64,000 bases of DNA from a virus (lineage: Duplodnaviria; Caudoviricetes): IMG/VR virus record IMGVR_UViG_2931369376_000001, positions 1 to 64,000 of that record; one strand, 5' to 3'. The notes beneath the pieces were generated by a model. It was not told where the DNA came from and searched no databases. It was given only the letters and a program-made list of their open reading frames with translations. Both the position numbers and the translations under genes were made by a program. Shown here piece after piece: positions 25,347-34,589 of this stretch. Numbering within the stretch: the stretch's first letter is position 1; every line of letters starts with the position of its first letter.

Positions 25347-26147
25347 CTAGCCCGCCATCAGGGTGGCGCCATCGGCACCTTTCAGTCGCTCACTCTCTTC
25401 GTCCAGGCATAGCAAGCACAGGGCCTCAAGCTCACGTTCTATCCGGTCGCCGGGCTTTGTCAGCGCGATGAGGCCCCGTCTATCCACATGAGGGGCCATA
25501 CGTGCCATTTGGCTCGCCAGCGTTTCAATGGGCGGGCACTTGATCGCCTTCATGATGGCGCCCTGCTTGTAGCGGTCGAACGTCAACGCGTAGCCGTCCA
25601 GGTACTGGGCGCGTAATGGTTCGCTTTCGGGGCGGCACTGAAGGTTAACGGAGTCCCAGGTAAAGCTGAGCGACGGCATGCGATTCAGCAAGCGCGGGAG
25701 GTCGCAGCACCACGAAAGCCCGTGAATCAAGACACGAGGTGACTCAAGCGCGGAGGCATAGACCGCCAGCTTTTGCACATAGGCTTCCTGCTTGTCGTAG
25801 TCCACGCTCCCGTTAACTGTTCGATCGCTCAGCAACACCGCCCGCCGGCGCCCGCCAGTGCTTCGAGCTGGGGCCACGATGAAGTGGAAGGCGTAGAACC
25901 GGTATCCGTCGCACAGCACGGTAATGAGGTGTTCGAACGCTTCCCCAGGCTTGATTGGACCGTCCGCCAGCGCGGCCTCTACCAATCCGGGCACGTCGCT
26001 TGGCTTCAGCGAAGGGCCCGCCGGGCGGTATTTCTTTCTGTAGCTGTCATATGGCGTGGCCGCTGGAACCTTGGAGTAAGGAACCTTGCTGAGTTGCCCC
26101 GTGCGCGCACGGAATGCCAGGTTATCGTCGTGCCGGCTGCGCTTCAT
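25347..26147 (-). CDS. hypothetical protein
   Basis: Start at MKRSRH, ATGA-coupled to the LytTR gene. Confidence 0.65.
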   Translation of the reverse strand: MKRSRHDDNLAFRARTGQLSKVPYSKVPAATPYDSYRKKYRPAGPSLKPSDVPGLVEAALADGPIKPGEAFEHLITVLCDGYRFYAFHFIVAPARSTGGRRRAVLLSDRTVNGSVDYDKQEAYVQKLAVYASALESPRVLIHGLSWCCDLPRLLNRMPSLSFTWDSVNLQCRPESEPLRAQYLDGYALTFDRYKQGAIMKAIKCPPIETLASQMARMAPHVDRRGLIALTKPGDRIERELEALCLLCLDEESERLKGADGATLMAG

Positions 26148-26536
26148 GCTGCCACCTGCTGCGCGTTGTCTTGCGCTGCGTGGAAATCGGCGTGGCGGGT
26201 GTAGGTCACTTTTTTGCACTTGCGGGAAACTGGGAACTCCCGCCCACCGACCCGGCAGAAATAATCCCGTGTGACGGCTCTCGGCTTGGTTCGCCGTTCA
26301 TTGCGAGCGCTCAGGCTCTCGATTGCGCCCACACGCACCAAGCTGGCGCGGTGTATCCGGACCAGGCCCTGGTCGCCGGCCTCGATCATCTTGAGCGCGT
26401 GATCGCCGGTAAGCATCCACTCCACACCGTCGACGTCCAGCGCCGACACGTATTTATCGTCAGCCCAAAAGGCGACGAACACCGAGGAATCCACCTTTTC
26501 GGGCCGACGGTGCCAGTTCTTCCTGAAGCGGCGCAC
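26144..26536 (-). CDS. stand-alone LytTR DNA-binding protein
   Basis: FWADDKYV...LVRIHRASLV...FPVSRK. Confidence 0.8.
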   Translation of the reverse strand: MRRFRKNWHRRPEKVDSSVFVAFWADDKYVSALDVDGVEWMLTGDHALKMIEAGDQGLVRIHRASLVRVGAIESLSARNERRTKPRAVTRDYFCRVGGREFPVSRKCKKVTYTRHADFHAAQDNAQQVAA

Positions 26537-26559
26537 TTCTATAGCGTTACCTCACAAAA

Positions 26560-26570
26560 TATCCCCGGAC
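26560..26570 (-). promoter_or_regulatory. 11-bp operator copy
   Basis: TATCCCCGGAC 24 nt upstream of the LytTR gene. Confidence 0.7.
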
Positions 26571-26667
26571 AATAGATCGCGCTTTTTTGCGCAAGAATGA
26601 CCAGAAGCACGGGGTTTGCTTCGTGTCTCCGAAGGAATATACACCAGCAAACAATAAAATGTATGTT

Positions 26668-28218
26668 TTATGCGACGTCGGCGAACATGTCGGCGGCTTT
26701 ACTCAGGGTTGCTTCGGCGCGCGAGGTCTGCGCCACCTCTGTCTCTTCGTTGCACGCGACATAGTTCACGTCCTCGAGGAAGGCCATGCATAGCGTGTCA
26801 AAAAGGTCCGGGGACGACAGGCCGTCAGCGGCCATGCTCTCTTTGCTGGCGATCTTGTACCGGCCCAGCTCGTCGAAGGCGTAGGGCAGGCGTGAGCCCT
26901 GGTCTATGAGGTCGCGCTTATATTTGGTCGACAGCTTGACCACGCCGTCCTTGATCGCCTCGGTAGCGTGCACGGTGCACTGCGCCCGCTGGTTGATGAA
27001 GCGCTTACGGTTCTCGTTGGAGTGCGGGCGGGCGCCCCATTGGACACCCTGGATGATCATGCTGCCCTCTTGCAGCTCCTGAAGCCGGCGCAGGAACTGC
27101 ATGCCCATGGCACTGACGTCGATAACGATGGTGACGTTCGGGAAACGCATTGCGTAGTCACGCAGCTTGACCGCCAGCGGCGTCCAGTCCTCGGATGCGC
27201 TGTAGATTGGGATGTCGACAACCTCAACCCGTCGGCGCCGCTCGTTCGCCATGCGATCGCCCTTGCCGCTGACGCGCAGATGGGTGGCCACCGTCTTGTC
27301 TCGCCCAACGCCCGCGGCGACGTCGACAACGATGAGGTGCCCCCACTCTTCTCCCGGAAGGATTGGACTGGCCAGGCCCATGGCCCGCTCGATCATGACC
27401 GAACTCAACAGGTACTTGCTGAGGTTGGTCGGGAACATCCCCCGCACTTTGATCTGATATTCCGGCTCGTCGACGCCGCCGTACTGGAGCCGCTTCTCCT
27501 TGATGAACTTGATGCCCACAATCGGGCTTTCTTCGGAGTTGAACACCAGCGGCACCCACGAGCCGCCGCGGTGGATCGACTGGCCGTGGTGGGTTTCCCA
27601 GAAGAACCCGGTCGAGCGCGTGGGCTGGCTGGCCATGATGAAGCGGTTGCGCTCATCAGTCATCGCGCCGCCAATCACGCCAAAGTTTTCGTCAGGGATC
27701 CCCGACGCTTCGTCCGCCAGCCAAAGCAGGTAGTCGGCGTGGGTACCGGCCAGGTTCTCAGGCGAGCCGCGCGGTGCGGTGCGGGTGGTGACGTACCAGG
27801 TGGCGCTGTGCCCGGCCACGTAGACTTTCTCGGCCTGAATCACAACGTAGTCAGCGATCCAGGCATGCGGGCCTTTGCGAATCTCGGCCAGCATGGTGGT
27901 GATTTCTTTCCACACACCCTCTCGCACCGTCTTGAGTTTCGGCGCGGTCACGTAGGTGTTGGAGTTGAAGTAGCACAGCAGGTGCCAAAGGCAGATGACG
28001 CCGAAGCTCCGGGTTTTACCAGTACCGTGGCCAGACGATACCGATACCCGGCAGCCATAGGCTGAGGACTCATCAAAAAGCTCTTGCTGTTGCGGTGTGA
28101 CATCCATCAAACACGCTTCAACCGCAAAGCCGTACAGGTTGAAGGCGTAACGCTCAATGAATTCGGGCCACCTCGGGTCTGCCTCTAATCGCAGACTCTT
28201 GGGTTTCGGCTTGGCCAT
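26668..28218 (-). CDS. terL: terminase large subunit (P1 PacB-like)
   Basis: Walker A SGHGTGKT, Walker B LWLADEASG, nuclease acidic motifs VDVAAGVGRD and SPDLFD. Confidence 0.92.
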   Translation of the reverse strand: MAKPKPKSLRLEADPRWPEFIERYAFNLYGFAVEACLMDVTPQQQELFDESSAYGCRVSVSSGHGTGKTRSFGVICLWHLLCYFNSNTYVTAPKLKTVREGVWKEITTMLAEIRKGPHAWIADYVVIQAEKVYVAGHSATWYVTTRTAPRGSPENLAGTHADYLLWLADEASGIPDENFGVIGGAMTDERNRFIMASQPTRSTGFFWETHHGQSIHRGGSWVPLVFNSEESPIVGIKFIKEKRLQYGGVDEPEYQIKVRGMFPTNLSKYLLSSVMIERAMGLASPILPGEEWGHLIVVDVAAGVGRDKTVATHLRVSGKGDRMANERRRRVEVVDIPIYSASEDWTPLAVKLRDYAMRFPNVTIVIDVSAMGMQFLRRLQELQEGSMIIQGVQWGARPHSNENRKRFINQRAQCTVHATEAIKDGVVKLSTKYKRDLIDQGSRLPYAFDELGRYKIASKESMAADGLSSPDLFDTLCMAFLEDVNYVACNEETEVAQTSRAEATLSKAADMFADVA

Positions 28219-28260
28219 AGGATCCTTAAACACAAAGGGGCCAGTTCCCCGGCCCCTATC

Positions 28261-28301
28261 ACTCTACGGCTACGCCAATCGGACTTTGAGCGACGGTTTG
28301 C
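28261..28301 (-). promoter_or_regulatory. late promoter (terL)
   Basis: GCAAAC-N29-TAGAGT, inside the 3' end of the pseudo-ATPase gene. Confidence 0.6.
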
Positions 28302-28992
28302 ATTCGTGCGTGGCGTTCAGCACGAAAGAATCCCAGTGGCCACCCGACGCCCAGCAACTGCTGCCCGTTGTTTGGGTGTCGCGGAAAAAGCCTTTGCGGA
28401 GTCCGCGGCCCGCGTGCAGCACCATGCCGCCGTCACCGCAGCAGGCCAGCCCTTCCCGCGCCACCTGAAAGCTCACCGCGGCCATGGCGTTGGCGTCCTC
28501 CATCAGCCACATCACGTCGTGCCCACAGAAGCCAGCCATGCGTTCAGGGTAGTGCTCGCTCGCAGCCATAAAGAGAACACCACGCCCGGAATACTGCTCC
28601 TGCTGGTTTAGCCTGATGCTTCTGATGGTGATTCGCAGGTAGTCGAGCAGCCATGCGTGCGGGCCGACGATGTTCTTGGCCAGCTTGCCGTATTGCTCAC
28701 AGCAGCGAAGCATGTCGCCGAAGGGCACGGCGACCATCGTCAGGGAGTCGGGCCGGCACAGAAGGCGCCACAGCGCGATAGGCGCCAGCGGGCTGACTAC
28801 CCCCATTTCCATTGGGTTCCGGTCAGAGGCAATCGACACCCGGCAGCCAGGCAGCCCCACGCACTCGAATGCCCGCGCCAGCCCCTTGTCCACTTCTACC
28901 CCGCACACCTCCCGAGCGAAGTCGGCCAGGTTGTTGGCGTAGCGGCGGGCGAATGCAGGCCACCGCTCATCCTCTTGAATCAGGCGGTTCAT
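28270..28992 (-). CDS. inactive paralog of the TerL ATPase domain
   Basis: Colinear with TerL residues ~1-235; Walker A replaced by SDRNPMEM. Confidence 0.8.
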   Translation of the reverse strand: MNRLIQEDERWPAFARRYANNLADFAREVCGVEVDKGLARAFECVGLPGCRVSIASDRNPMEMGVVSPLAPIALWRLLCRPDSLTMVAVPFGDMLRCCEQYGKLAKNIVGPHAWLLDYLRITIRSIRLNQQEQYSGRGVLFMAASEHYPERMAGFCGHDVMWLMEDANAMAAVSFQVAREGLACCGDGGMVLHAGRGLRKGFFRDTQTTGSSCWASGGHWDSFVLNATHECKPSLKVRLA

Positions 28993-29588
28993 GATGCGGA
29001 CTCAGCGGACAGCTGCGCCGATTCCCGCTCGTGCTCAGCGATCAGCAAAGCCGCGGCCTTCTCGATCGCCCGCAGTCGTGTTTCTTGTTTCATTGGCGCG
29101 TGCGGCCACGGCCACACCGTGGTGGCGTAATCCGGCACCAGCACCTGGAGAATGTAGCCGGCGGCGGCGCGCAGCAATTCGTCATTGCTGTAGCGCAGGT
29201 CGCGCTGCGGGTGATACCCCTTCACAACCAGCTGGCGCTGGCGCTCGCTCAGGATGGCGTTCTCGCTTGGGCCCGTCACCGGCATGGCTGGCCACAGCGC
29301 CAGCGGCTGCTCCCAACCATTCGCAGCCCTTTGCGCCCACTCGCTCGGCTGCATGCGGGCGTATGGGCGGGTCACCGATATACCCTGATCCCGGCCCCGA
29401 CGGACCAGGAGCCAGGCTTTAGGCTGCTGGGTTGCATGTTTGGACTGCGCCAGCGATTCCCACACCTGGTACGTCTTTTGTGTGTGGGCGTTCACGTATT
29501 CGCCGGCGTCGGCGTTGTACGCCAGGTCACTGATGCCAGCATGCCGGCAGGACCGCTCAAAGTGTTCGCGACTGAAGAACAAGGTCAT
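28989..29588 (-). CDS. conserved phage protein
   Basis: ILSERQRQL..GY..D...ELLRAAAGY...WPW...KAAALLIAE.ER; start reassigned to MTLFF. Confidence 0.7.
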   Translation of the reverse strand: MTLFFSREHFERSCRHAGISDLAYNADAGEYVNAHTQKTYQVWESLAQSKHATQQPKAWLLVRRGRDQGISVTRPYARMQPSEWAQRAANGWEQPLALWPAMPVTGPSENAILSERQRQLVVKGYHPQRDLRYSNDELLRAAAGYILQVLVPDYATTVWPWPHAPMKQETRLRAIEKAAALLIAEHERESAQLSAESAS

Positions 29589-29824
29589 GACGGGCTCTCT
29601 GCCGAATTGGAAAACTGAATCGCCGTTGACGCTGGCATGGCCCCACAATCGTGGCCCCAGGCAGCCAGGCCGGTGTCCTGGAAGGCCCACCGGTCGCCCG
29701 GGAGCTGGTCGCGTTGTACGTGCTCGATCTCGCCCGCGGCATTGCACAACCACAGCTCGTCCCCAAGCTCCAGGTATACCGTCAGCGACTCGCCGGTCAG
29801 GCGATTGGTCACGATTTGGCTCAC
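29585..29824 (-). CDS. hypothetical protein
   Basis: 79 aa, coupled overlaps on both sides. Confidence 0.55.
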   Translation of the reverse strand: MSQIVTNRLTGESLTVYLELGDELWLCNAAGEIEHVQRDQLPGDRWAFQDTGLAAWGHDCGAMPASTAIQFSNSAESPS

Positions 29825-30312
29825 TTCATTTCCCCGGTCCTGCGATTGATCTCCGTTGGTTTCGTGAAAGCCCGGGAGAACCGGAACTCCTGGATTACCT
29901 GGTTGAAATTGGTTTCCACCCGGTCGAAGTACTGGTTACCGTCGGCCATCAGCGCTTGCGCCAGCATGGCCGCGCCTACGCTGCGCCCCTCCATCACGTA
30001 GGTGGCCAAGCACCGCACCAGGCGCTGTTCGGCATAGGTCCCGCTGAAGCCCGGCAGCAAGCGGCCTGTACCACGCACAGACGTCTCCAAATTAACTGGA
30101 CGCGCATCTGCCGTCGGCGGCATGAAATAGAAACCACCGAGTCGCTTGGGCTCCAACCGCGCCAGCTGTCCGTCCTTGCCAAAAATGTGCATTCCGCACG
30201 CGGCCAGGGACTTGAAGATCAAGTTGGCCGTCTCCAGCCGGTATTGCTGGCGTGCGCTCAGCTTCAATGCGGCAGGCGCCGCCGGTACCGCAGTTGCTGT
30301 TTGCATGTGCAT
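29821..30312 (-). CDS. hypothetical protein
   Basis: 163-aa ORF in the operon. Confidence 0.6.
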   Translation of the reverse strand: MHMQTATAVPAAPAALKLSARQQYRLETANLIFKSLAACGMHIFGKDGQLARLEPKRLGGFYFMPPTADARPVNLETSVRGTGRLLPGFSGTYAEQRLVRCLATYVMEGRSVGAAMLAQALMADGNQYFDRVETNFNQVIQEFRFSRAFTKPTEINRRTGEMK

Positions 30313-30315
30313 CCC

Positions 30316-30486
30316 TTAAATCTTGAGCCGCAGCTGGGCGCGGTCACATTCGTTTTCACCGTGTGGGAGCTTGTGGGCCTGGGCCTCACAGTTCCGGCGC
30401 CCGCAATCACGGCAGTAGGTGTAGGCGGGGGCGTTTCGTGGCCTCCGCCAGATGACGCGATCGCTTTCGCAAAAACGGCAGTCCAT
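30316..30486 (-). CDS. 56-aa zinc-ribbon peptide (below the ORF-track cutoff)
   Basis: MDCRFCES...YCRDCGR; AGGA RBS; operator 17 nt upstream. Confidence 0.55.
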   Translation of the reverse strand: MDCRFCESDRVIWRRPRNAPAYTYCRDCGRRNCEAQAHKLPHGENECDRAQLRLKI

Positions 30487-30502
30487 CGGTCCTGTCCCGG
30501 TT

Positions 30503-30513
30503 TATCCCCGGAC
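30503..30513 (-). promoter_or_regulatory. 11-bp operator copy
   Basis: TATCCCCGGAC. Confidence 0.7.
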
Positions 30514-31808
30514 TACACGGGGCGTTGGTCGATCATCGCTTGCGCGTACACCCATCGGCGATTAGCAAAGGCGGTTAGGCTTTCGCCCTCTGCCTGCACC
30601 AGCGGACACGTCACTGCGAAATCATCGCGCAGGTCTACCAGGTACGCGTCCAGGGGTTTGCTGGTTACCTTGGGTGCCTGGGCCGGGTCGGATTGCATTT
30701 GTGCGGATTTCTCCACGACGGTGGGCAACTTGACGCTATGGAAAGCCAGGCAGATAGCCTCAAACAAATCGGCGGAACTGTTTGCCCGCGGGCTCCCTTC
30801 AGGGGCGCCCACCCGATAGCGGGCCTCAGCCGTGAAATGGAATGGAAGCTTTGCCCCGAACAGCTCAAGCGCGGTTTCGTGGTTTCGGTAGGTGGGCCAG
30901 CAGTGTTTCAGCTTCAAGGCACCGTCTTTGATCGCCTCAGCAGCGCGAACACTGCATTCCGCGCGCCGGTTGAAGAACCGAGCGCCGCCAGCCTTCTTGG
31001 ACAAGGGATTACCCATGGTCATGCCGTACCGCTTCACCGTTGGGCTCGACATCGCTTCCAGGCAGCGCAGAAACTCCAGGCCATGACCGAGTACGTCTAC
31101 CAAGATCGTGGCATCTGGCAGCGCCGACGCACACTGGAACAGGTGTTTGGCCTGTTGCTCGATGTCTCCAGGGTCGCCATGAATTGGGTAATCCACCACT
31201 TCAACAAACCGCTGGCAGCGCCCTACCTGCGTCGGGCTGTCATAGACCCTCATGTGGGCGGCTACCGTGAGGCCTGGGCGGATACCGCCACCCACACGCA
31301 CACCGAAGACATCCTTGGCCACAACGCCATCAGGGATAGGGCTGTCGATGTCCAGCGCTCGCTCGATGTCGGTGCCAGCGACGAGGTACATGCCGGGATC
31401 GCGTGGAGCTGCCTGGAGAATTGCAGGCACGTCGCTGTTGGTGGCCTGGGCGGGGGGCTGTACTTTCCCACTGACAACGATTTGCAGCGGGCCGGGCTTC
31501 TGGACACGGACCACATCCTTGATGGCGCTGGCCATAGGCGACGTAAGGAAGCTGTTCAGCAGCTGCCGCAGGCGGTAATGGGTCTGTGCATAGCGCGCCT
31601 TGCGGCCAAAGCCTTCCTGCACCGATACAGGCTTGCACCCTGGGATCTCAACCCAGTAGTGCACGCCCCGATCAGCGTTCAGTCTATCGGGCTCCGTCAC
31701 TTTGACGCCCTGGGTGATGAGCCATTGCTTGAACACCGATACATTGCTGGCCAGCAGCAGGTCCGTGTCGTGCTTTTGTCCTTTCGCTTTTGCTGCGGTG
31801 TTCGACAT
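30513..31808 (-). CDS. mosaic protein carrying an inactive TerL nuclease-domain paralog
   Basis: aa ~140-356 colinear with the TerL C-terminal domain; catalytic Asp lost. Confidence 0.8.
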   Translation of the reverse strand: MSNTAAKAKGQKHDTDLLLASNVSVFKQWLITQGVKVTEPDRLNADRGVHYWVEIPGCKPVSVQEGFGRKARYAQTHYRLRQLLNSFLTSPMASAIKDVVRVQKPGPLQIVVSGKVQPPAQATNSDVPAILQAAPRDPGMYLVAGTDIERALDIDSPIPDGVVAKDVFGVRVGGGIRPGLTVAAHMRVYDSPTQVGRCQRFVEVVDYPIHGDPGDIEQQAKHLFQCASALPDATILVDVLGHGLEFLRCLEAMSSPTVKRYGMTMGNPLSKKAGGARFFNRRAECSVRAAEAIKDGALKLKHCWPTYRNHETALELFGAKLPFHFTAEARYRVGAPEGSPRANSSADLFEAICLAFHSVKLPTVVEKSAQMQSDPAQAPKVTSKPLDAYLVDLRDDFAVTCPLVQAEGESLTAFANRRWVYAQAMIDQRPV

Positions 31809-32098
31809 CAGTCAGCTCCTAACGGGTTGGCCGTGAATGGCCTCAGGTTCTCGGGGCGCCCGCGGCGAATGGCCTTGGGACGCTTTTCAACGACAGGCTT
31901 GAGCCACAGCTGTCCGGTTTTGAACAGGAACAGCTCCCACAGCCCAAGCTTGATTTTGGTAGCGCCCTTCTCGTACAGCCGCCAGGACTCGCGACTCACG
32001 TAGATCAGCTCACCCGCGGCGGTTTCGCTCAGGTTCACGTTCTTGCGGGCCTTCCGGATGTTTTGCGGGGTCGGCTGGCGATCGGCGGCGAGCGTCAT
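31808..32098 (-). CDS. XRE/KorC-like HTH protein
   Basis: PTPQNIRKARKNVNLSETAAGELIYVSRESWRLYEKG...LWELF. Confidence 0.75.
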   Translation of the reverse strand: MTLAADRQPTPQNIRKARKNVNLSETAAGELIYVSRESWRLYEKGATKIKLGLWELFLFKTGQLWLKPVVEKRPKAIRRGRPENLRPFTANPLGAD

Positions 32099-33216
32099 GC
32101 GTCACCGCCGCTGTCCAGGGCATCGATCTCGGCCCGGCGCTTGGCCATGGCTTCACGCTGGGCGGTGGTTTTTTCCTGGCCGCTGGCATAAATGGCGTCC
32201 AGTACGTCTTTACTCACGGTGGCCACGACTGGCTGCGCCGGCTCGATGTTCATATTGAAAATCCGCCCCAGCATTTCCAGGTATGGGCGTTGATCGGCGA
32301 TCCTCATTTTGAGCCCGTCCTTGGTTTCCTCCACGCCGCCGTACAGCGCCAGCGCGCCCGGGGAAAGGTGACGGGTATCCTTGAGCACCAGGTGCCCTAC
32401 ACCGTTGCCGTTGCACTCCGGGCAATCCGGGTGCGGGTCAAGGTTGGCATCAAAGCCCAGGCCGCCCAGCTCGTCGAACTCCGGGGCCTTGCGCTTTTCG
32501 CGCTTCGCTTCTGCTACGGCCTGGTCGTGGCGAGCCTTGCGCTCAGTCATCTGGTTCGGCGTCATCTGGTACCGAAAGTCCTTCCCATGGCACCACCGGC
32601 AGCACTTATAGACGTATTCCACCAGCTCACGAGGGTCGGCCAGAGCGGCGCCGTAGACACGTTCAATCACGCGACCGGTGATTTCCTCTGTCTTGGCAAA
32701 CAGCTCCGCGCGCTTGGCCAGCGTGTATGGGTGCTCCTTAACCTTCCTTAACAGGCGACTGGCCGCGGCAGCCGCCACAGCGTCCGATTTGCACTCGAAC
32801 CCCGCATCCAGATAGGACTGTGTGCCGTTTTGCGTGACCAGCCAAAGGTCGACGAACTTGGCCTGGCGCGCATCGAGATCGTGAAGACTCCCGGCCTGCA
32901 AGGCTTCCAGCTCTTTCGGCTTCAGCTTTACGGCTTTCTTGACGCGGGTGCTCCCTCCGGTTTTACGCGTCGGTTTTGCTGGCGCTGGGGTGGTGCTTGC
33001 AGTGGACGCCGGCTTTGCCGCGGGAGGTTTTGGTGCCTTTGTGGCTGGCTTTTTCGTAGCCTTTGGCGGTGCCGTTTTTACAACGCGACCGCTCTTCACC
33101 TTAACCACTGGCGGTTTAGGGGGAGTAAATACACGTCCAGGAGCCTTGTCCGGGGATTGTTTATCCTCGGCTGGCTTGGTCTGCGCTTCGGTACTCTCGA
33201 TCTTCTTCCGTGCCAC
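32095..33216 (-). CDS. terS: terminase small subunit with Zn finger
   Basis: RQAKFV...NGTQSYLDAGF...ASRLL; CRWC...CPECNG. Confidence 0.8.
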   Translation of the reverse strand: MARKKIESTEAQTKPAEDKQSPDKAPGRVFTPPKPPVVKVKSGRVVKTAPPKATKKPATKAPKPPAAKPASTASTTPAPAKPTRKTGGSTRVKKAVKLKPKELEALQAGSLHDLDARQAKFVDLWLVTQNGTQSYLDAGFECKSDAVAAAAASRLLRKVKEHPYTLAKRAELFAKTEEITGRVIERVYGAALADPRELVEYVYKCCRWCHGKDFRYQMTPNQMTERKARHDQAVAEAKREKRKAPEFDELGGLGFDANLDPHPDCPECNGNGVGHLVLKDTRHLSPGALALYGGVEETKDGLKMRIADQRPYLEMLGRIFNMNIEPAQPVVATVSKDVLDAIYASGQEKTTAQREAMAKRRAEIDALDSGGDA

Positions 33217-33567
33217 GGGTCAGCAACCTTAAATGCAAAGTTCTTTGGCTATCAGCCACGTAAACAACGCCAACCTTCTGCGCGCCTGGCGTAAAAAAAC
33301 CCGCAACTGCGGGCCGGATCCTGAAAGGATTAGCCCGCCGAAACGGGCTCCCCAATACCGTATAGGGGCCGCCACGGCTGGCGCTGCAATGGTGTCGATA
33401 CCATTTCCCCAATTTTGACGTTATCCAACATCGAATACCTGATGGCGACTCCCTGTCGAAAGCCGCCACAAGCGCGGAACCGTGTGAACAATCCCATCGC
33501 CCCAGTACCTAGCGCACGACGCCCCGCATGGCCACCCTATGCCGGGTGGCTGGCTTACAAACCGGTG

Positions 33568-34320
33568 TTAGAACAGGGCTTGCTGTACTGCTTCGCTGAC
33601 CTGCTGCACCGTGCATACAGGATGATCGAATTCGATAAGGGCAGATTCGCGCTGTTTGCTCGCAATTCGCTCTTTTACGGACACTGACAGTTCGGAAATC
33701 AAGCGCTCCAGCTTTCCGCCGCCGCGCAGCTCTTCGAAAGCAGCGCCGTGATGCTTGCGGATGACCGCCAGTGACGCGCTCAGCTCGATGGAAATGTCTG
33801 CAACCTTGCCCAGTAGGACACGATCCATGCTGGCGCCTTCGACGCTGATGGCCGTCACCTGGGCCAAGCCTTCCAGGTAGCGCTGGTTGTATTTGCTCAG
33901 GACTGCGGTCAACACGCCGGTGATCAATGCCTGGTTGCCCTCTTCGGGAGCCAGGCCCAGGCTGTCGGTGCGACCCAACAGGTAGTCCGTGGTCACGCTG
34001 TAGAGGTCTGCCAGCAGTTGAAGGTTTCGCAGGCTTGGCGATCGGTGACCATTTTCAAACAGGCTGATCATGGTCAGGTTGGAGTGGCCAAGGCGCTTGG
34101 CCACTTCAAGATCCTTGAGGCCAGCGGCGCGGCGAGCTTTTACCAGTCGGCTGGCGACGATATCCCGCAGTGCCTGCTCTTCGTCCTTGGCACGACTGGC
34201 AGGGCTCATGCCCTCCCCGCAGTCCTTGGATTCGAACATCGCCAAGCTTTCGGCGGCGGCTTCAACCTGCCCTCCGTCTGCCAGCTCTACCCCTTTCCCG
34301 CTATCACCGTTTGCAGACAC
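33568..34320 (-). CDS. XRE-family HTH regulator
   Basis: RLVKARRAAGL..LEVAKRLG....ISLFENGHRSPS....LADLYSVTTDYLLG; GTG start with AAGGTGA RBS. Confidence 0.8.
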   Translation of the reverse strand: MSANGDSGKGVELADGGQVEAAAESLAMFESKDCGEGMSPASRAKDEEQALRDIVASRLVKARRAAGLKDLEVAKRLGHSNLTMISLFENGHRSPSLRNLQLLADLYSVTTDYLLGRTDSLGLAPEEGNQALITGVLTAVLSKYNQRYLEGLAQVTAISVEGASMDRVLLGKVADISIELSASLAVIRKHHGAAFEELRGGGKLERLISELSVSVKERIASKQRESALIEFDHPVCTVQQVSEAVQQALF

Positions 34321-34368
34321 TTTGACGTCACCTTTACGACCAACCCTGTCAGTGGCGCCATTAAATTG

Positions 34369-34379
34369 TATCCCCGTAC
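34369..34379 (-). promoter_or_regulatory. 11-bp operator copy (1 mismatch)
   Basis: TATCCCCGTAC upstream of the XRE gene. Confidence 0.5.
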
Positions 34380-34589
34380 CATTCGCAACCCCGCAATGCC
34401 TAAAAAGTTCCCATGGCACCGTGGTTTTTTTGCCAATGTTCTATTTTTTGGATCCGGTTTGATTGGGATATAGGCGTCTTTTTAACGACAATCGCAGGCG
34501 GATCAAATCAAATTGCCATCATCGACCGCCCGTCCGGCCAATACCGCTGAATATGCCGGCAAAGCCACTGATAAAGCGGCTTTCCTACG

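Noticed and set aside
33231-33271. Late promoter for terS
   Set aside because: No GCAAAS at the N29 position; the best candidate gives no nAnnnT hexamer.
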